Of a stretch of DNA of 64,000 bases, positions 54,975-64,000 are shown piece by piece. The position numbers and the translations under genes were made by a program. Location of the stretch: contig CANJBO010000003.1 of NCBI GenBank assembly GCA_947472995.1, positions 22,917 through 86,916 on the forward strand, read 5' to 3'. The notes under the pieces were generated by a model, which did no database searches, had not been told where the DNA came from, and saw nothing but the letters and a program-made list of their open reading frames with translations. How positions within the stretch are numbered: the first letter of the stretch is position 1; every line of letters starts with the position of its first letter. This DNA comes from Chloroflexota bacterium. Lineage in GTDB: Bacteria > Chloroflexota > Dehalococcoidia > UBA2979.

Positions 54975-56030
54975 ATGCGCCTCCGACGCTTCGTCGTCCG
55001 CCCGCTGCTCGCCGTCGCGCTCCTCGGGATGCTGCTCGTCACCGCGAACTGCGGCACCCAGCGCCTCTCGATCGAGGATGCCGCGCTGGTCGCCTCGACG
55101 CCCGTCGCGGTGAGCACGCCGGCGCCCGCGCCGGTCACCTCCGCGGTCGATGCGTCGGTCAACATCCTCCCCACGCCGGTCGCCGTGAACCCGCCGCGAC
55201 TCGTCGCGTGGGGGCCCGCGCCCACCGTGGCCGCCGGCGCGGTCGCGGCACCGGCGATCGCCGGCGAGGCCGCACTGCTGATGGACGAGACGAGCGGGCG
55301 CATCCTCTACGCGAAGAGCCCGAACGACCGCCTGTCGCCCGCCAGCCTCACGAAGATCATGACCGCCCTGCTCGCCGTCGAGCGCGGCCACCTCGACGAG
55401 CTCGTCGACGTGCGGGTGGACAGCCGCACGATGCGCGGCAGCACGGTGATGGGGCTGGTGCCGGGCGAGCAGCTGACGCTGGAGGACCTGCTGTACGGGA
55501 TGATGCTCCCGTCCGGCAACGACGCCGCGCTCGCGATCGGCATGCACGTCTCGGGCACCGCCGAGGAGTTCGTCGTGCTGATGAACAAGCGCGCCGGCGA
55601 GCTGGGCCTCGTCAACACGCGCTTCGCCAACCCGCACGGCCTCGACGGCGCGGGCGGCAACTACTCGTCGGCGTACGACCTCGCGGTGCTGACGCGCGAG
55701 GCGATGCGGCACGAGCAGTTCCGCACGATCGCGAACACGACGTACCGCGTCGTGAAGGGGAGCATCGCGACGTATAGCCTCGGCACGCTCAACCCGCTGT
55801 ACGGCCGCATCGCCGGCGTGGACGGCGTGAAGACCGGCTACACGCGCAACGCGCGGCAGACGCTGGTCGGCTCCGTCACGCGCGACGGTCACCGCGTGAT
55901 CGTCGTCGTCTTGCGGTCCTCCGATCGCGCCTCGGACGGCGTCTCGCTGCTGAACTGGGCGTTCGCGGCCCACGAATGGCCCGCGCCCACCACCGTCGCC
56001 GCCGAGGGCGCCCCGGCGCCCGGCTCCTAG
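54975..56030 (+). CDS. D-alanyl-D-alanine carboxypeptidase (peptidase S11), second paralog
   Basis: A signal/lipobox (LLGMLLVTANC) is followed by a Pro/Ala/Val linker. Contains SPASLTKIMTA (SxxK), LPSGNDAA (SxN) and VDGVKTGYT (KTG). Confidence 0.85.
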   Translation: MRLRRFVVRPLLAVALLGMLLVTANCGTQRLSIEDAALVASTPVAVSTPAPAPVTSAVDASVNILPTPVAVNPPRLVAWGPAPTVAAGAVAAPAIAGEAALLMDETSGRILYAKSPNDRLSPASLTKIMTALLAVERGHLDELVDVRVDSRTMRGSTVMGLVPGEQLTLEDLLYGMMLPSGNDAALAIGMHVSGTAEEFVVLMNKRAGELGLVNTRFANPHGLDGAGGNYSSAYDLAVLTREAMRHEQFRTIANTTYRVVKGSIATYSLGTLNPLYGRIAGVDGVKTGYTRNARQTLVGSVTRDGHRVIVVVLRSSDRASDGVSLLNWAFAAHEWPAPTTVAAEGAPAPGS

Positions 56031-56032
56031 CT

Positions 56033-56941
56033 ATGACGCGTCGCCCCGTCGGCCTGCTGCTGCTGCTGACGTGTCTCGCGCTGGCGGCGGTCGCGTGCAC
56101 CGACGGCGTCGCGCTGAGCGCGACGCCCGAGCCCACCTCGACGCCTGCGCCCGGCGCACCCGTCGAGGCGACCCCGGTCCCGCGTCGCGCCGTCGTCGTG
56201 CTCGACCCGGGACACGCCGTCGATGAGAGCGGCGCCGCTGCCTACGGCGTCGTCGAGAAGGAGTCGAACCTCGACTTCACGGTGCGCGTCGCGGCGCTGC
56301 TGCGCGCGCGCGACATCGAGGTCGTGCTGACGCGCCACGCGGACGTGCGCGCCGCGCCGCCGGGCGAGCAGCCGACCGGGGAATGGGGCTACAACGGCAC
56401 GCGGCTCGACCTCCAGGCGCGCGTCGATATCGCGAACGCGTTCAAGGCCGACGCCTTCGTCTCGATCCACTCGAACGGCGCGGCGGACGGGAGTGTCCGC
56501 GGGCACGAGGTCTACTACAACTCCTCGCGCCCGTTCGCAGCGCAGAACCGCGCGCTCGCCGGGATGCTCCTGGACGGCGTGACCGCCGAGTTGAGCGCGG
56601 GGGGCTACTCCTCGCTCCCGCGCGGCGCGATCGACGACGACTGCCTGAAGGCGTTCCAGGGGCGCTGCTTCCCGCTGTTCATCCTCGGCCCCAGTCGCGT
56701 CACCGACCGCGACGAGGTGTACCGCCGCGGCGGTACGCCGGAGGGCCTCGGATTCGCGCCCGGGCAGGAGACGCTGGTCAGCCGCCCGTCGCAGATGCCC
56801 GGCGCGCTCGTGGAGTTGCTGTTCGTCAGCAGCCCAGAGGACGCCGCGCTGCTGCGCGACGAGGGCGCACGCGACGCGATGGCGCGCGGCGTCGCGCGCG
56901 GCATCGTCGAGTTCCTCGGTCAGTCGAAGCAGGGGGGATAG
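56033..56941 (+). CDS. N-acetylmuramoyl-L-alanine amidase (Amidase_3)
   Basis: ATG 56033 lies 2 nt after the upstream stop. A lipobox (LALAAVAC) and PT-rich linker are followed by VVVLDPGHA...EKESNLD...FVSIHSNG...ALVELLFVSSPEDA. Confidence 0.8.
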   Translation: MTRRPVGLLLLLTCLALAAVACTDGVALSATPEPTSTPAPGAPVEATPVPRRAVVVLDPGHAVDESGAAAYGVVEKESNLDFTVRVAALLRARDIEVVLTRHADVRAAPPGEQPTGEWGYNGTRLDLQARVDIANAFKADAFVSIHSNGAADGSVRGHEVYYNSSRPFAAQNRALAGMLLDGVTAELSAGGYSSLPRGAIDDDCLKAFQGRCFPLFILGPSRVTDRDEVYRRGGTPEGLGFAPGQETLVSRPSQMPGALVELLFVSSPEDAALLRDEGARDAMARGVARGIVEFLGQSKQGG

Positions 56942-56943
56942 CG

Positions 56944-57936
56944 ATGCGGACACGCTCGTCGCGGCTGGCAACGATCGGGCTCACGGTGATCGCAGCGGTG
57001 ATCGTGGGGATCGGGTGCGCGAGCCCCGTCCGGCAGGCGGCTGCTCCCGTCCAGGACCTCGTGGTCGCCGCCTCGACGCCGGAGGCGCCGAGCAGCACGG
57101 CTACCCCGACGCCTGCTGCGACCGCGTCGCCCGAGGCTGCCGCCGCTTCGGCGGGCCGTACTCCCGTGCCGAGCGAGACGCCGCGCGAGGCCGCGCTGGT
57201 CGTCGCTCGTGCGCCGCAGCCGGCTCCCGCCGCCGCTGCCGCCCCGGCCCCGGCAGTCGCGCCGGCCCCGGCAGTCGCCTCGGCACCCGCGCCCGCCTCG
57301 AGCGGCGGCACGTCGACGGCGTACACGTACGGCGGCCGCTCGCTGAAGCGCGTCGCGCTCACCTTCGACGCCGGGTCGGACTACGGGTACACGACCGACA
57401 TCCTCGACACGCTGGCGCGCGAGCGCGTGGTCGCGACGTTCGGCGTCACCGGATCGTGGGCGGATCAGTATCCCGCCGCGATCCGCCGCATCGCCGCCGA
57501 GGGCCACGGGTTCATCAACCACACCTGGGACCACGGGTCGTTCACCGGCTACTCCACCGGCGGGCGCGCCCTGACGCGCGCGCAGCGCTGGGATCAGCTC
57601 GACCGCACCGAGGCGGCGATCCAGCGCATCGCCGGCGCCACCACGCTGCCGTACTTCCGCCCGCCCTACGGCGACCTCGACGCCTCCGTGCTCGCGGACG
57701 TCGGCGCGCGCGGGTACACCGTGACGGCGATGTGGGCGGTCGACTCGCTCGGCTGGAACGGGCTCTCGGCCGCGGGGATCGAGGAGCGCACGCTGCGGCT
57801 CACCTCGCCCGGCGCGATCCTCATCTTCCACGTCGGCAGCCAGTCGCAGGACGGGCCGGCGCTGCCGGCGATCATCCAGCGGCTGCGCGCCAGCGGGTAC
57901 GAGTTCGTCAGCGTGGGTTCGCTCATCGCGCAGTAG
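56944..57936 (+). CDS. polysaccharide deacetylase (NodB homology domain), secreted/lipoprotein
   Basis: ATG 56944 lies 2 nt after the upstream stop. VGIGC is a lipobox, followed by a long Ala/Pro linker. Contains VALTFDAGSD, ATFGVTG, GHGFINHTWDH and YFRPPYG. Confidence 0.8.
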   Translation: MRTRSSRLATIGLTVIAAVIVGIGCASPVRQAAAPVQDLVVAASTPEAPSSTATPTPAATASPEAAAASAGRTPVPSETPREAALVVARAPQPAPAAAAAPAPAVAPAPAVASAPAPASSGGTSTAYTYGGRSLKRVALTFDAGSDYGYTTDILDTLARERVVATFGVTGSWADQYPAAIRRIAAEGHGFINHTWDHGSFTGYSTGGRALTRAQRWDQLDRTEAAIQRIAGATTLPYFRPPYGDLDASVLADVGARGYTVTAMWAVDSLGWNGLSAAGIEERTLRLTSPGAILIFHVGSQSQDGPALPAIIQRLRASGYEFVSVGSLIAQ

Positions 57937-58032
57937 CCGCGCAGGAACGAGAATGGGTCTCGTCACCGCTCCACCGCCGGGCATGATCATCTGATCGAGG
58001 CGCGGTTGTCGGGAGCCGGAGAGGCGTGACGC

Positions 58033-58737
58033 ATGAGCACGGTGCTCGTGGTTGAAGACGACCCGGGGATCCTCGACGCCGTCGCGTACAGCATCCGTCG
58101 CGACGGGCACGAGGTGGTCACGGCCGTCGACGGCGTCGCCGGCCTAGAGGTCGCGCGCGAGCGGAAGCCCGACGCGATCGTCCTCGACGTCATGCTGCCA
58201 CGCATGTCCGGCCTCGACGTGTGCCGCATCCTCCGCGCCGAGGATGCCGTGCCGATCCTGCTGCTGACCGCGCGCGACTCCGAGGCAGACCGCGTGCAGG
58301 GCCTCGAGCTGGGCGCCGACGACTACCTGACGAAGCCGTTCTCCATGCGCGAGCTGCGCGCGCGTGTCGCCTCGCTGCTGCGGCGCGACGCGATCTCGCG
58401 TGCCGCCGGCCCGCGCGTCGCGACGGTCGCGCAGGCGCCAGTGCTGCGCGCCGGTGAGATCGAGATCGACGAGGGCGCGCACGAGGTGCGCCACCGCGGC
58501 GCACCGCTCAGCCTGCGCCCGCGCGAGTTCGCCCTGCTGGCGTACTTCCTGCGGCACCCCGGGCAGGCGCTGACGCGGAGCCAGATCCTCGAAGAGGTGT
58601 GGGGCATCACCTTCATGGGGGAGACGCGCACGGTGGACGTCCACGTCCGCTGGGTGCGCGAGAAGATCGAGGACGATCCGTCCAACCCGCAGCTGATCCA
58701 GACCGTGCGCGGCATCGGGTACCGGTTCGTGCCGTGA
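58033..58737 (+). CDS. OmpR/PhoB-family response regulator
   Basis: The receiver domain has VLVVEDDPG...DAIVLDVMLPRMSG...LLLTA...GADDYLTKPF. The winged-helix output has LRPREFALLAYFLRHPGQALTRSQILEEVWG...RTVDVHV...IQTVRGIGYRF. Confidence 0.9.
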   Translation: MSTVLVVEDDPGILDAVAYSIRRDGHEVVTAVDGVAGLEVARERKPDAIVLDVMLPRMSGLDVCRILRAEDAVPILLLTARDSEADRVQGLELGADDYLTKPFSMRELRARVASLLRRDAISRAAGPRVATVAQAPVLRAGEIEIDEGAHEVRHRGAPLSLRPREFALLAYFLRHPGQALTRSQILEEVWGITFMGETRTVDVHVRWVREKIEDDPSNPQLIQTVRGIGYRFVP

Positions 58738-59975
58738 GGACGCTCGTCGTCGCCGGTCCGCTCGCGGTCGTCGCGCTGCTGCTCACGACGATCGCCGCGC
58801 CGGACGTGCACTGGGCGATCGCCGTCCTCGCGGTGTTCGTGACCGCGACGCTCACGACGCGCCGTCGCGAGGCGCGCGCGCCGGTCGCTGCGGTGCTGCC
58901 GGCGACCGACATGGTCCACGAGCTGCGCTCGCTCGTGGCGCTGGTGCCGAGCGGCGTGGTGCTGGTGGACGAGCACGAGACGGTGCTCGTCGCGAACCCC
59001 GCCGCCGCCAGCATCCTCCGCCGGCCGCCCGAGGCGATGGAGGGCGTCACGCTGATCCGCGCCACGCGCGACGCCGCGCTGGTGCAGGTGCTGCGCGAGG
59101 CCGCCGGCACCCCGCGCGAGGTCGCGCTGAGCGACGACCGCCTCGTGCGCGCCGCCGCCGCGCGCCTGGACGCGCCGCCGGTGCACGCCGTGCTCACCGT
59201 GCAGGACCTGACGGCGCTGCGGAACGCGGAGCGCGCACGCTCGGAGCTCGTCGCAAACGTGTCGCACGAGCTGCGCACGCCGATCGCCGCCGCCCGCGCG
59301 CTCGCCGAGACGCTCGAGGGCGGCGTGGAGGAGGATGACCAGCGGGAGCGTTTCCATGCGCGCCTCACGCGCGAGTTGGAGCGCCTCGGCGAGATCGTCG
59401 AGCGGCTGCTACGACTGTCGCGCCTCGAGTCCCGCCACGAGGAGTTCGACGTGCACGCGGTGGACGCGCACGAGTTGACGACGGTGGCGCTAACGCGGAT
59501 GGGGCCGGTCGCCGACCGGGCCGGCGTGCGCCTCGCCTCCTCGACGGAAGCGGGCAGCGGCGCGGTGCTCGCCGACCGCGAGCGCGCGCTGGAAGTGCTG
59601 ACGAACCTCCTCGACAACGCGATCCGCTACTCGCCCGCCGGGGCCACGGTCACCGTCGAGGTGGCCGCGGTGGAGCAGATGGTGCGCTTCTCCGTGCGCG
59701 ACGAGGGGCCGGGCATCCTCCCCTCCGACCGCCAGCGCGTCTTCGAGCGCTTCTACACGGTGGACCGCTCGCGCGGCGGGGACGACACCGGGACCGGGCT
59801 CGGCCTCTCGATCGCCCGGCACATCGTGTCGCGCCTCGGCGGGGAGATCTGGGTCGCGGACACGGCGCCCGGCGCGATGCTCAGCTTCACGCTCCCGCGG
59901 ATCGAGGCCGTGCCCGACTCGGCCCCCGAGCCGGCGACCGAGGCCGAGGAGCTCGCCGGTGAGCCGTCGACCTAG
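58734..59975 (+). CDS. sensor histidine kinase (PhoR/SenX3-like: TM, PAS-like, HisKA, HATPase_c)
   Basis: GTG 58734 overlaps the regulator stop (GTGA). The H-box is ELVANVSHELRTPI, the N-box LLDNAIRYS, and the G-boxes DEGPGI and GTGLGLSI. Confidence 0.85.
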   Translation: MRTLVVAGPLAVVALLLTTIAAPDVHWAIAVLAVFVTATLTTRRREARAPVAAVLPATDMVHELRSLVALVPSGVVLVDEHETVLVANPAAASILRRPPEAMEGVTLIRATRDAALVQVLREAAGTPREVALSDDRLVRAAAARLDAPPVHAVLTVQDLTALRNAERARSELVANVSHELRTPIAAARALAETLEGGVEEDDQRERFHARLTRELERLGEIVERLLRLSRLESRHEEFDVHAVDAHELTTVALTRMGPVADRAGVRLASSTEAGSGAVLADRERALEVLTNLLDNAIRYSPAGATVTVEVAAVEQMVRFSVRDEGPGILPSDRQRVFERFYTVDRSRGGDDTGTGLGLSIARHIVSRLGGEIWVADTAPGAMLSFTLPRIEAVPDSAPEPATEAEELAGEPST

Positions 59976-60065
59976 CACGCCGGCGACCGCCGCCGCGCGT
60001 ACACTGTCGGGGATTATCGGGAGCCGAGGGCTCCTCGTCGGGTCCGTTGAGTAAGGCAGTCCACC

Positions 60066-60731
60066 ATGCCGCGAGAGCAGTTCCAGCGCCAGATCGCGGC
60101 CCTCTACGACGAGGTCATCGAGATGGGCTCGATGGTCGAGCGAGCCGTCGACTATGCCATGCAGGCCCTGATGGACCGCGACGTCGCGATGGCGCGCCGC
60201 GTGATCGACGACGACAAGGACATCAACGCGGTCGGCTACCACCTCCAGAACGCCTGCATCTCGCTGCTGGCGCAGCAGGCGCCGATGGCGGGCGATCTCC
60301 GCGTCATCGTCTCCGTCACCGCGATCATGTCCGACCTCGAACGCATGGGCGACCACGCGGAGGGCATCGGGCGCATCGTGATCATGATGCAGGACGAGCC
60401 GCTGGTGAAGCCGCTGATCGACCTGCCGATCATGGCGAGCCGCGCGAAGGACATGCTGCGCAACTCGATCCAGGCGTTCGTCGATCAGGACACAGACGCC
60501 GCCTACCGCGTCGGCGCGGCCGATGACGAGGTGGACAAGCTCTACGACCAGATCTACGCCGACCTGATCCAGGTCATGATCAGCGACCCCACGACGATCG
60601 AGCCGAGCACGCACCTGCTCTGGGTCGCGCACAACCTCGAGCGCATCGCGGATCGCGCCACGAACATCGCCGAGCGCACCGTATACTCCGCGACGGGGAT
60701 GCTCCCGCAGATGGACGTCTCCTCCTACTAG
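60066..60731 (+). CDS. phoU: phosphate signalling complex protein PhoU
   Basis: Two PhoU repeats carry the E/DxxxD motifs (SDLERMGDHAEGI and AHNLERIADRATNI). Confidence 0.9.
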   Translation: MPREQFQRQIAALYDEVIEMGSMVERAVDYAMQALMDRDVAMARRVIDDDKDINAVGYHLQNACISLLAQQAPMAGDLRVIVSVTAIMSDLERMGDHAEGIGRIVIMMQDEPLVKPLIDLPIMASRAKDMLRNSIQAFVDQDTDAAYRVGAADDEVDKLYDQIYADLIQVMISDPTTIEPSTHLLWVAHNLERIADRATNIAERTVYSATGMLPQMDVSSY

Positions 60732-60836
60732 CCTCGACAGCGGTCGAGGAGGTGCGAGAGACATAACGGGACGATGGGATGGCGGGATGCGCCGTCTTGT
60801 CAGTGTCCCGCCGGAGCGGGTACTCTAAACACCCCT

Positions 60837-60875
60837 TTGTAGAGTGATTAACTCGACAATGAGTCGCTCTACAAT
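60837..60875 (+). promoter_or_regulatory. inverted repeat TTGTAGAG-N22-CTCTACAA overlapping a TACAAT -10-like hexamer
   Basis: The arms are at 60837..60844 and 60867..60874, and TACAAT is at 60870..60875. It lies in a lower-GC patch 30 nt upstream of the sulfite reductase start. Confidence 0.35.
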
Positions 60876-60905
60876 GGATCGCAGGACTGCCGAAGGAAAC
60901 GTCGC

Positions 60906-62684
60906 ATGACCACCACCCAGCGCAAGCCGACCCCCACCGTCATCCCGATCATCCTCAAGGAATTCGACGACTTCGAGACCGAGGGCACGAAGTTCCTCGC
61001 CGGGGAGACGCCGGAGCGCCAGTTCATCGGTTTCCGCCTGAAGCAGGGCGTCTACGGGCAGCGCCAGCCGGCGCGCCAGATGACCCGCGTGAAGGTGCCC
61101 TTCGGCGGCCTCGGCCCGGAGCAGATGGAGGGCTTCGCGCAGGTCGCGGAGATCGCGCCGCTCGGCAAGGGCCACATCACTACCCGCCAGTGCGTCCAGT
61201 TCCACCACATCCCGCTGGTCGAGATGTACACGGTGCTCCGCATCCTCGGCGACCACGGGCTCTCCTCGCGCGAGGCGTGCGGCAACACGGTGCGCAACGT
61301 CACCGGCGACCCGTGGGCCGGCGTGCGCGACGACGAGCTGTTCGACATCACGCCTTACGCCGGCGCGTTCGTTCGCTACTGGGTGCGCAACCCCATCAGC
61401 CAGCTGCTGCCGCGCAAGTTCAAGGTCACCTTCTCCGGCTCCGACGCCGACGCCGCGCTGACGCCGATGCACGACATCGGCTTCACGCCGCGCATCCAGG
61501 TGATCGACGGCAAGGAAGTCCGCGGCTTCAAGATGGTCGTCGGCGGCGGTCTCTCCACGATGGCGAAGGAGGCGATCACCCTCACCGAGTTCGTCTCCAT
61601 CGATGACTACCTGCGCTACTCCGAGGCAGTCGTCCGCATCTTCCAGGACGCGGACGAACTGCGCGTGAACATCCTGAAGGCGCGCCTGAAGTTCCTGGTC
61701 CACCGCGTGGGCGAGGACGCCTTCCGCGCGATGGTGGACGAGCGCCTGGCGCAGGACTGGGCGCAGCAGCCGATCGACCTGGAGTCGCTGCTGTTCCACG
61801 ACGACGAGCAGACCTCCGCGCCGCCGCCGAGCGTGCTCGACGTCTCGATCGCGCCCGACGCGGAGCGCACGGCGTTCGCGCAGTTCGTGGACGAGAACGT
61901 CCGTGCCCAGAAGCAGGACGGCTACTACGCCGTGCAGGTGTTCGTGCGGCAGGGCGACCTGCGGCCGGAGCAGTGGCGCGGGCTGGCCTCGATCGTCACG
62001 GACCTCGGCGGCGGACGGGCGCGCACCACGCAGGCCCAGCGCCTCGTGCTGCGCTGGATCCCCGGCGCGAACGTGTACGCCGTGTGGAAGGCGCTGCAGG
62101 CGCTCGGCCTCGGCGAGTCCGGCGTCGAGACGATCCGCGCCGTGGTCTCCTGCCCCGGCACGGACTCGTGCAAGCTCGGCATCACCTCCTCGATGGGCCT
62201 GAACCGCGCGATCAGCGAGCGGCTGGACGTGATGAACATCACCGACCCGCTGGTCAAGGACATGTTCATCAACATCAGCGGCTGCCCGAACTCGTGCGGC
62301 CAGCACCACCTCGGCAACATCGGCTTCCACGGGGCGGCGATGAAGAACGACGCGCGCCAGATCCCGGCGTACAACGTGTTCCTCGCCGGCGACCGGCACG
62401 AGGGCAAGGCGATGCGCGTGGGCACGCTCGCGAAGATGCGCCTGCCGGCGAAGCGCGTGCCGGACGCGGTGGAGCGGTTCATCAACGTCTACACGGCAGG
62501 CCGCACCGAGGGCGAGGCGTTCAACGCCTACTTCGACCGCGTCGGCGTGAAGCCGTTCGAGGTGGCCGTGCAGGACCTCACCATCACGCCGGAGTTCGCC
62601 ACCGACAGCATCCAGGAGTTCGTCGACTGGGAGCGCGAGGGGCTGTACGTCCTGGAGCGCGGCGAAGGCGAGTGCGCCGTCTAG
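60906..62684 (+). CDS. sir: ferredoxin-dependent sulfite (or nitrite) reductase hemoprotein, siroheme/4Fe-4S
   Basis: There are two NIR_SIR repeats, with the Cys cluster VSCPGTDSCKLGI...NISGCPNSCGQHHLGNIG. The sulfite assignment rests on the adjacent cysDN. Confidence 0.85.
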   Translation: MTTTQRKPTPTVIPIILKEFDDFETEGTKFLAGETPERQFIGFRLKQGVYGQRQPARQMTRVKVPFGGLGPEQMEGFAQVAEIAPLGKGHITTRQCVQFHHIPLVEMYTVLRILGDHGLSSREACGNTVRNVTGDPWAGVRDDELFDITPYAGAFVRYWVRNPISQLLPRKFKVTFSGSDADAALTPMHDIGFTPRIQVIDGKEVRGFKMVVGGGLSTMAKEAITLTEFVSIDDYLRYSEAVVRIFQDADELRVNILKARLKFLVHRVGEDAFRAMVDERLAQDWAQQPIDLESLLFHDDEQTSAPPPSVLDVSIAPDAERTAFAQFVDENVRAQKQDGYYAVQVFVRQGDLRPEQWRGLASIVTDLGGGRARTTQAQRLVLRWIPGANVYAVWKALQALGLGESGVETIRAVVSCPGTDSCKLGITSSMGLNRAISERLDVMNITDPLVKDMFINISGCPNSCGQHHLGNIGFHGAAMKNDARQIPAYNVFLAGDRHEGKAMRVGTLAKMRLPAKRVPDAVERFINVYTAGRTEGEAFNAYFDRVGVKPFEVAVQDLTITPEFATDSIQEFVDWEREGLYVLERGEGECAV

Positions 62685-62802
62685 CTCGATGATCACGAGG
62701 CGGCGGTGATCCCCGGCTGGGGCGCCGCCGTTTCTTTTGCCTGCGTCGTGTGTGTCTCAGTTCACAACCGCGCGCAGAGCACCGAACCGCTCAGGAGTCA
62801 CC

Positions 62803-63720
62803 GTGACTGCCACGATCCCCCGCGAACTCACGCACCTCGAGGTCCTCGAGGCCGAGTCGATCCACATCATCCGCGAGGTCGCGGCGGAGTTCGAGAAGCC
62901 CGCGCTGCTGTTCTCTGGCGGCAAGGACTCGATCGTGATGCTGCGCCTGGCGGAGAAGGCGTTCTGGCCGGCGCGCATCCCGTTCCCCGTGGTGCACATC
63001 GACACCGGCCACAACTTCCCCGAGGTGATCGACTACCGCGACCGCCGTGTCGCCGAGCTGGGCGTGAAGCTCGTCGTCGGCTCCGTGCAGGAGCAGATCG
63101 ACGCCGGCCGCATCGTGGACGAGACCGGCCCGCGCGCCTCGAGGAACCGCCTCCAGACGCCGGTGCTGCTGGAGACGATCGCGCAGGGCAAGTACGACGC
63201 GGTGTTCGGCGGCGCACGGCGCGACGAGGAGAAAGCGCGCGCCAAAGAGCGCGTGTACTCGTTCCGCGACGAGTTCGGCCAGTGGGACCCGAAGAACCAG
63301 CGCCCCGAGCTGTGGGATCTCTACAACGGCCGTCGCCGCGTGGGTGAGCACATCCGCGTGTTCCCCATCTCCAACTGGACCGAGCTCGACATCTGGCAGT
63401 ACATCGCCGACGACGGCATCGAGATCCCCTCGATCTACTTCGCGCACGAGCGCCCGGTGTTCGAGCGTGACGGCATGCTGATGGCGGAGGTCGGCCTGCT
63501 GCCGCACCTCCCCGGCGAGACCGTCGCGAACCGCATCGTGCGCTTCCGCACGGTGGGCGACATGACCTGCACCGCCGCCGTCTCCAGCGACGCGCGCACC
63601 GTCGAGGACGTGATCGCCGAGATCGCGGCGACCCGCATCACCGAGCGCGGCGCGAGCCGCGCCGACGACAAGTTCTCCGAGGCCGCGATGGAAGACCGCA
63701 AGCGCGAGGGGTACTTCTAG
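62803..63720 (+). CDS. cysD: sulfate adenylyltransferase subunit 2
   Basis: GTG 62803 follows [42 protein letters not shown] (PP-loop SGGKDS) and [10 protein letters not shown]. Confidence 0.92.
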   Translation: MTATIPRELTHLEVLEAESIHIIREVAAEFEKPALLFSGGKDSIVMLRLAEKAFWPARIPFPVVHIDTGHNFPEVIDYRDRRVAELGVKLVVGSVQEQIDAGRIVDETGPRASRNRLQTPVLLETIAQGKYDAVFGGARRDEEKARAKERVYSFRDEFGQWDPKNQRPELWDLYNGRRRVGEHIRVFPISNWTELDIWQYIADDGIEIPSIYFAHERPVFERDGMLMAEVGLLPHLPGETVANRIVRFRTVGDMTCTAAVSSDARTVEDVIAEIAATRITERGASRADDKFSEAAMEDRKREGYF

Positions 63721-64000
63721 TGGAGCTGCTCCGTTTCGCCACCGTCGGTTCCGTGGACGACGGCAAGAGCACGCTCATCGGGCGCCTGCTGTACGACGCG
63801 AAGTCGATCATGCAGGACCAGTGGGATGCCATCGAACGCACCAGCGAGGCGCGCGGCGAGGAGTACGTGAACCTCGCGCTGCTCACGGACGGCCTGCGCG
63901 CCGAGCGCGAGCAGGGCATCACGATCGATGTCGCGTACCGCTACTTCAGCACGCCGAAGCGCAAGTTCATCATCGCGGACACCCCGGGCCACGTGCAGTA
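63720..64000 (+). CDS. cysN: sulfate adenylyltransferase subunit 1 (GTPase), 5' fragment running off the window
   Basis: GTG 63720 overlaps the cysD TAG by 1 nt. [21 protein letters not shown] (G1), [15 protein letters not shown] and IIADTPGH (G3). Confidence 0.9.
   Translation, partial: MELLRFATVGSVDDGKSTLIGRLLYDAKSIMQDQWDAIERTSEARGEEYVNLALLTDGLRAEREQGITIDVAYRYFSTPKRKFIIADTPGHVQ

Overview
High-G+C, densely coding bacterial chromosomal segment. The style suggests Actinobacteria or Chloroflexota/Thermomicrobia, but that is only a guess. I support about 62 protein genes, one TPP riboswitch, one perfect CIRCE operator and a set of hairpin terminators. I found no rRNA, tRNA, CRISPR array, transposase or integrase. 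Many long ORFs in the track are Arg/Ala/Gly-rich antisense or off-frame shadows caused by the G+C bias, and I ignored them.

Layout:
- 1-7.7 kb: amidase with a small GatC/AtzG-like partner, plus a complete peptide-type ABC importer.
- 7.8-8.8 kb: MauE-thioredoxin fusion.
- 8.8-13.6 kb: repeat-laden lower-GC spacer, then a second peptide-type ABC importer with no ATPase genes, split by a 640-bp noncoding spacer.
- 13.7-33.1 kb: the most unusual part, an orphan CoA-thioester island. It holds six family III (CaiB/BaiF) CoA-transferase paralogs (one lacking the catalytic Asp by eye), two acyl-CoA dehydrogenases, a divergent HMG-CoA-lyase-like enzyme, an HpcH/HpaI aldolase/lyase, an amidohydrolase_2, an LLM oxidoreductase, a PHP phosphoesterase, two tandem cytoplasmic PAL-like NHL beta-propellers and a YHS mini-protein. 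It has no synthetase, crotonase, thiolase or regulator.
- 33.2-38.2 kb: secreted protein, 1-Cys peroxiredoxin, cupin translationally coupled to a membrane GT2, AhpC/TSA-like protein, and a His-less stand-alone HisKA_3-like DHp protein.
- 38.3-45.2 kb: lemA-htpX-FecCD permease-ATPase-ykgJ operon, divergent cobO, chrA, arsR.
- 45.2-53.6 kb: TPP-riboswitch-controlled thiD-thiE-thiO-thiS-thiG-tenI-like-thiYXZ operon joined by overlapping stop/start codons.
- 53.8-57.9 kb: perfect CIRCE element in front of a PAC2-family gene, then a peptidoglycan-remodelling trio.
- 58-64 kb: OmpR-type two-component system, phoU, sulfite reductase, cysD and cysN.

All functional calls come from by-eye motif recognition, not from searches. 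Start codons were refined by hand using Shine-Dalgarno context.
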